Below, in pieces: positions 60,091-64,000 of a stretch of DNA of 64,000 nt. The notes under the pieces were generated by a model, which saw nothing but the letters and a program-made list of their open reading frames with translations, searched no databases and was not told where the DNA came from. Source of the stretch: an uncultured delta proteobacterium (GTDB lineage Bacteria; Desulfobacterota; Binatia; UBA9968). Position numbers and translations under genes: made by a program. The DNA is taken from contig CAWFJP010000005.1 of assembly GCA_963816145.1 (NCBI GenBank), positions 128,001-192,000 of the forward strand, in the 5' to 3' direction. Within the stretch, counting starts at the first letter, position 1. Each line of letters starts with the position of its first letter.

Positions 60091-61263
60091 TCAATTTCGC
60101 CCGAGATAGGCGATTGAATCGATTTCTACGAGGCAACCTGGCGACAGTTCTTCGACGATTACCGTGAGCCCTGCGGGCATGGGACGGCTACGGCCATGCG
60201 CGGCGAAGAAGTTTCTGTAGGCTTCGGCAAACTCCTGGCGATTGGTGCCGTCAGTTAAATACACAGTAGTCTTCACGATGTCATCCAGGCTGCCGCCGGC
60301 GGCTTCGACGATGTCTTTGGTGTGGCGCAGGGTCGCTTCGGTTTGGCCGGCGAGACTGCCTTCACATTCGACAATTCGATCGAAGGTCACGGAGTCTTGA
60401 CCCGCGAGCAGCAGCCAATCGCCGACCCGCACCGACTGGGAAAAGGAACCGGGGGCCAGACGAACTTTGGGACTCGTGACAATCTTCTGCTCGCCGCGAT
60501 AGGCGATCGCCATGGAGCGCAGCAATATACTCTCGCCTAACGATCGTATGTAGATGCCCGAGTTGGGTGGAAAGGCATCTTCGGCGAAAATTCCCTGGTA
60601 AACTTTTTTGCGCGCTGCGCCGTAGCCTGGGCGGTATTTAGTTCCGGGCATGAACATGAAAGTCCGGCAAAGATTGCCGAGGCCGAGCTGCTGGCGGCCG
60701 AGAATCTTGTCGATACGCGTGAGCACTTCGCTGGTTTGCATTTCAATCGAGGTCGCCGCGGCGATGCGGTCATTCTGATCCGCCGCATCCACACCGGAAA
60801 GAAAATAGAAATTGCCGACGCGCACGCCATGGCATCCCGCGCCGATGGACAGCGGGAAATTGGCAATGCGGATAGTCTCACGATCTTCGCTGGTCGTGGC
60901 GATGGCATCCAAACGCACGCGGCAACCGCCGTCGAGACCGCAGACGCCGACGAAATTCACGGCCGGCGCATCGTTACCGAAACGAGCTCGCAGCGTCTTG
61001 GCAACGGCGGTAGCGTCGCGGTATTCGGCTATATAGACCGAGAGGCTGACCACGTCTACAGTCGATAGGCCGAACGGTTGCAGCGTGGTGTCGAGATTGA
61101 GGAGAGATTGGTCTGTTTGTAGTTCGGCTGTTGGCGCTGCTCTAACAGCGCCCTCCTGGCCGCGTGCATCGTGGGCGACGAATATGAATTCACCTGCCTG
61201 GACGCCTTGCCTGAACAGGCTCGACTCCGAGAAAAGGTATTGTTCGGATGGTGTTGGCGACAT
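60091..61263 (-). CDS. Triple-domain RidA/YjgF family protein
   Basis: Three repeats of G..(I/F/L)..(S/A)G...QT...L...L.....V...E/D.IA; last domain DIVKTTVYL...LVEIDSIA. Confidence 0.8.
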   Translation of the reverse strand: MSPTPSEQYLFSESSLFRQGVQAGEFIFVAHDARGQEGAVRAAPTAELQTDQSLLNLDTTLQPFGLSTVDVVSLSVYIAEYRDATAVAKTLRARFGNDAPAVNFVGVCGLDGGCRVRLDAIATTSEDRETIRIANFPLSIGAGCHGVRVGNFYFLSGVDAADQNDRIAAATSIEMQTSEVLTRIDKILGRQQLGLGNLCRTFMFMPGTKYRPGYGAARKKVYQGIFAEDAFPPNSGIYIRSLGESILLRSMAIAYRGEQKIVTSPKVRLAPGSFSQSVRVGDWLLLAGQDSVTFDRIVECEGSLAGQTEATLRHTKDIVEAAGGSLDDIVKTTVYLTDGTNRQEFAEAYRNFFAAHGRSRPMPAGLTVIVEELSPGCLVEIDSIAYLGRN

Positions 61264-61285
61264 GGGATTGTTTGATGCTGAGAAC

Positions 61286-61312
61286 AGGGCAACCACAGGG
61301 GGTTGCCCCTAC
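61286..61312 (-). repeat. GTAG-type REP (GTAGGGGCAACCCCCTGTGGTTGCCCT)
   Basis: GTAG tetranucleotide followed by GGGCAACC-N-GGTTGCCC palindrome. Confidence 0.75.
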
Positions 61313-61352
61313 ACCATTACCCACCTGATAATTTCGTTGCGGCTCGTGGCGA

Positions 61353-62015
61353 TCAGTGACCGGCGTTTTCCCACACCGACATGCCGGCGCGGCAGCACAG
61401 CGCGTCTTGTTCCGGACGGCTCGCGCCGGCGACACCGATGGCGCCGACGATGGTGACGCCGTTGACGATCGGCAGGGCGCCGGCCATGGGCAAAATCTTG
61501 CCACGGTGCGAAATCATTAGGCTGCGTAGCCAGGGCTGGCGCGCTTGCGGCACCATTTCAGTAGTTGAGACGTGAAACGCGGCGGCGGTGTAGGCCTTGT
61601 TGAACGCCAGCTCGGCGCTTCTCGCTTCGGCCTTGTCCATCTTGCCCACCGCTATGGGGGCGCCGGCCTCGTCGACCACCACGGCGGTGATCGCGCTGCC
61701 GACCAGGCTGGCGTACTCGTGGGCGGACTCGATCATCGCCCAGGCGGTAGCGAAGGGCACCGGGCCGATGGCTGCTTTGTTCTGGCGGAAGAATGCCGCG
61801 TTAACTTCGATGGCGTAGGTGTATTGGGCGGGAAGATCCACGTCTTTGAATATCGCGTCCACCGGGCAGACGATCTCGCACTGCTCGCAGTCGATGCAGA
61901 CTTCCGGGTCGACGTAGAACTGCGGCGCGCCCGGTTTGGTGTGGATGCAGGCTACCGGACATACTTCGACGCAGGCGCCGTCGTTGGTGCAAAGGTCGGT
62001 GATGATGTAAGGCAT
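61353..62015 (-). CDS. Ferredoxin fused to GlcG/HbpS (DUF336) heme/cobalamin-binding domain
   Basis: MPYII..C...ACVEVCPV.CI...CIDCEQCEIVCP; then VVD.AG, A.NKAYTA, GALPI...VGAIGVAG...QD. Confidence 0.87.
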   Translation of the reverse strand: MPYIITDLCTNDGACVEVCPVACIHTKPGAPQFYVDPEVCIDCEQCEIVCPVDAIFKDVDLPAQYTYAIEVNAAFFRQNKAAIGPVPFATAWAMIESAHEYASLVGSAITAVVVDEAGAPIAVGKMDKAEARSAELAFNKAYTAAAFHVSTTEMVPQARQPWLRSLMISHRGKILPMAGALPIVNGVTIVGAIGVAGASRPEQDALCCRAGMSVWENAGH

Positions 62016-62034
62016 GGTCCTCGCTACGCTCGGC

Positions 62035-62121
62035 AATTAATAATGGATAATTGAGAATGGAGAATCGAAAGGAAGTTTCCGAATCCGCAATTATCAATTC
62101 TCCATAATCCATTCTCAATTA
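62035..62121. repeat. Inverted clusters of 7-bp period AATKGAD repeats
   Basis: aatggat aattgag aatggag aat ... attatca attctcc ataatcc attctca att. Confidence 0.8.
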
Positions 62122-62124
62122 TTT

Positions 62125-62718
62125 CTAGCCGTCCGCGGCTAGCGGAAGATCAGTGTAGATCGCGTCGGCGACGTAAACGCCGGCGCCGAATTCGTGAGTC
62201 ACCAATCTGCCGCTGCCGTTCAATGTTCCCAATCCCGCTTTGGCGGCCAGTGCGTCGGTGTCGGCATCGCGTGCCACCGTGGCGCGAAAGCCCAACTCGC
62301 GGATCCAAGAGCTCAATACAAAGGTGATGAACAAGCCGTTTTGCACCGGCATCTGTCCGCCAATGCCTATGGCTGCGCGTGGATCGTAGTCGGCGTGGAC
62401 GGCGCAGAGGACGGCGAACGGAAGATCATTGCCCTCATCCTTGCCCTCTCCCGCGAGCGGGCGAGGGGATATATTTTCGAGCTTGGCGATGCCGATGAGT
62501 TCCGCGCCGAAGTATTGCGCCATGCCTTTGACATGACTCGAGGTGATCTCGGGTGTGTGCAGTTCCGCCTTCGTCGGAAAGATATTTCCCGCCGGCGCGT
62601 TGCGGATCAACTCGATGACGGTGTTGGTGCGATCCGCCGGCGGTGTATTGACGAAAAAATCCCAGAAGGGATCGTTCTTGTGCGTGTCCTTGGCGGACCA
62701 GGGGAGTTTAAATGCCAC
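62125..62718 (-). CDS. Reductive-dehalogenase-core paralog lacking Fe-S domain
   Basis: HVKGMAQYFGAELIGIA, WIRELGFRA, AGLG..G.LVT.EFG..V....TDLPL align by eye to the upstream RdhA; no Cys motifs. Confidence 0.72.
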   Translation of the reverse strand: MAFKLPWSAKDTHKNDPFWDFFVNTPPADRTNTVIELIRNAPAGNIFPTKAELHTPEITSSHVKGMAQYFGAELIGIAKLENISPRPLAGEGKDEGNDLPFAVLCAVHADYDPRAAIGIGGQMPVQNGLFITFVLSSWIRELGFRATVARDADTDALAAKAGLGTLNGSGRLVTHEFGAGVYVADAIYTDLPLAADG

Positions 62719-63999
62719 TTAGGGTTCCCGTTTGACGAATCGATTGGTGTTTTCTTTGAGCGGCGCATAGTAGCCGACGCTGCCGGCAACCGCCTTGGCG
62801 CCGGCTTTCTCGTGTGATGCGTTGCAGCCGGCGACGGTGCAGGCATGCTCGCCGGGCTTGACGCCGGAGTCGTAGCCTAGCCAGGTCACTCGCGCATTGC
62901 GCACCAGGCCCCAGAATCGGTCGTCGATCCATTTCAGAAACTTCACCAGCACCGGGCGCAGGGCATAGGGGCAATAGTGCAACGCCGAGGTCGCCATGTT
63001 GTGCCACCAGGTTTTCGGTTTGGTGTAGGGACAGACGGCGGCGCAGGTGAGACAGCTGCCCCAGTGATCGTGGACATAGGGGCGCAGCTTGTAGCAGGTG
63101 AGCCAGTTGATCTTGTACTTCTCGATGCCGTTGTGGACGACCTTGTCGCCGACCGGGATGCTGTTGGTCGGGCAGGTGTTGGCGCATTTGCGGCAGACTT
63201 TGCAGAAATCGTCGACGCCGATGTCAATTGGCTCGTCACCCACCAGCGGCAGGTCGGTCATGATCGGGTCGGGCATATGCACGCGGGCGCCGTATTCCTT
63301 ACTGATGACCAGCCCGTTACGGCCGAGTTCGCCGACGCCTGAGGCCACGCCCACCGCTTGCGGCACCGCCACCCCGCGCAGCGCCGTATAGCCCAACTCT
63401 TTGATGTAGCCTTCGAGCGCCTTCAATATCATGTTGCCCTTGATTTGCGAGATGTGATAGGCGGCGTCGCCGATCAGATGGCGGTGTGCTTGCAACTTAT
63501 TGTAGTCCCATGCGGTGGTCGCCATGATGATGTAGGGAAATTTGCGCGCCATCTGCTCCGGCGTATGGGACGCGTAATCGTCCTTGGCGGTGCCGTCTTG
63601 GACATAGCGGCCGCCGCCGGCAGCATATAGATAATTTGGATGGGCCTTGGCGATCCGAACGATATCTGCGCCCATGTAGTGCGCCACAGCTTTGATGTGG
63701 CGCGCCATCGCGGCGGGATCGTTCACCGGAACTTTCTGCGGATTGATTTTGCCCTTGGCCGCTTGGTTGACCACCGTGCTCAAGAAATGTCTACGGTCGG
63801 CGAAATGGTTTGGCGCCGATACCCTGGTCAGTGGATCTTTGGATACTGTGTTGTGGTACCAATTGAACAATGGCTTGCCCAGTTCGCCGCGCTGGTTTTT
63901 CGGGTGCGGCGACTGATTCATGTCGACGTTTTCAAACTTGCCGACGACGCGCACCGTGCGGCCGAGGTAAGGCGGGGGAAACTCGCGCTGGTATTGCTG
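62719..63999 (-). CDS. Reductive dehalogenase (RdhA)-like cobalamin/2x[4Fe-4S] protein (5' end outside window)
   Basis: HIKAVAHYMGADIV, YIKELGY.A, GVGELGRNGL....YG.R, TDLPL..D.PID.G..DFCKVCRKCANTCP, C-X13-CLTCAAVCPY.K..TWWH. Confidence 0.85.
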   Translation of the reverse strand, partial: QQYQREFPPPYLGRTVRVVGKFENVDMNQSPHPKNQRGELGKPLFNWYHNTVSKDPLTRVSAPNHFADRRHFLSTVVNQAAKGKINPQKVPVNDPAAMARHIKAVAHYMGADIVRIAKAHPNYLYAAGGGRYVQDGTAKDDYASHTPEQMARKFPYIIMATTAWDYNKLQAHRHLIGDAAYHISQIKGNMILKALEGYIKELGYTALRGVAVPQAVGVASGVGELGRNGLVISKEYGARVHMPDPIMTDLPLVGDEPIDIGVDDFCKVCRKCANTCPTNSIPVGDKVVHNGIEKYKINWLTCYKLRPYVHDHWGSCLTCAAVCPYTKPKTWWHNMATSALHYCPYALRPVLVKFLKWIDDRFWGLVRNARVTWLGYDSGVKPGEHACTVAGCNASHEKAGAKAVAGSVGYYAPLKENTNRFVKREP

Positions 64000-64000
64000 G

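Noticed and set aside
62719-63999. Epoxyqueuosine reductase QueG
   Set aside because: No YAxGxDYH or GCDxCQxxCPWN motifs; GELGRNG and K..TWWH fit RdhA-type proteins better
1-64000. Frequent GCGATCGC/CGATCG as a HIP1-like octamer
   Set aside because: Could arise from GC content and Ala-Ile-Ala codons; enrichment cannot be shown without a Markov-model count

Overview
GC-rich bacterial chromosomal window. The gene content (many orphan solute-binding proteins, amidohydrolases, hydantoinases) suggests a Candidatus Binatia / Deltaproteobacteria-like organism; this is inference. It carries 17 solute-binding protein genes: 3 TAXI-TRAP with one fused permease, 11 NMT1/SsuA-like, 1 iron/polyamine-type and 2 Bug/TctC. 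These are interleaved with catabolic enzymes: hydantoinase/oxoprolinase A plus 2xB, 2 nitroreductases, 2 degenerate M24 proteins, a frameshifted MmgE/PrpD, 3 amidohydrolases, a thiolase-like/DUF35 pair, an E1 alpha/beta pair and a radical SAM protein. The main accessory signals are: (i) an AT-richer three-gene island (12.6-17.6 kb) encoding a GT2 glycosyltransferase fused to a RepB/AEP primase-like domain, an FkbH-carrier protein fusion and a GT1 glycosyltransferase; (ii) a reductive dehalogenase-like operon at the right end, with an Fe-S-less paralog, a ferredoxin-GlcG/HbpS fusion and a triple-domain Rid protein; (iii) integron relics, namely a decayed attC cluster at 9-11.3 kb and an intact GIY-YIG cassette with attC at 50.8-51.7 kb, with no integrase; (iv) a 132-bp MITE in three copies, each inserted into the loop of a REP-like hairpin with a 3-bp duplication; (v) several families of inverted 7/9-bp tandem intergenic repeats. 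I saw no rRNA, tRNA or CRISPR array. All family assignments come from motif recognition by eye, not from database searches.
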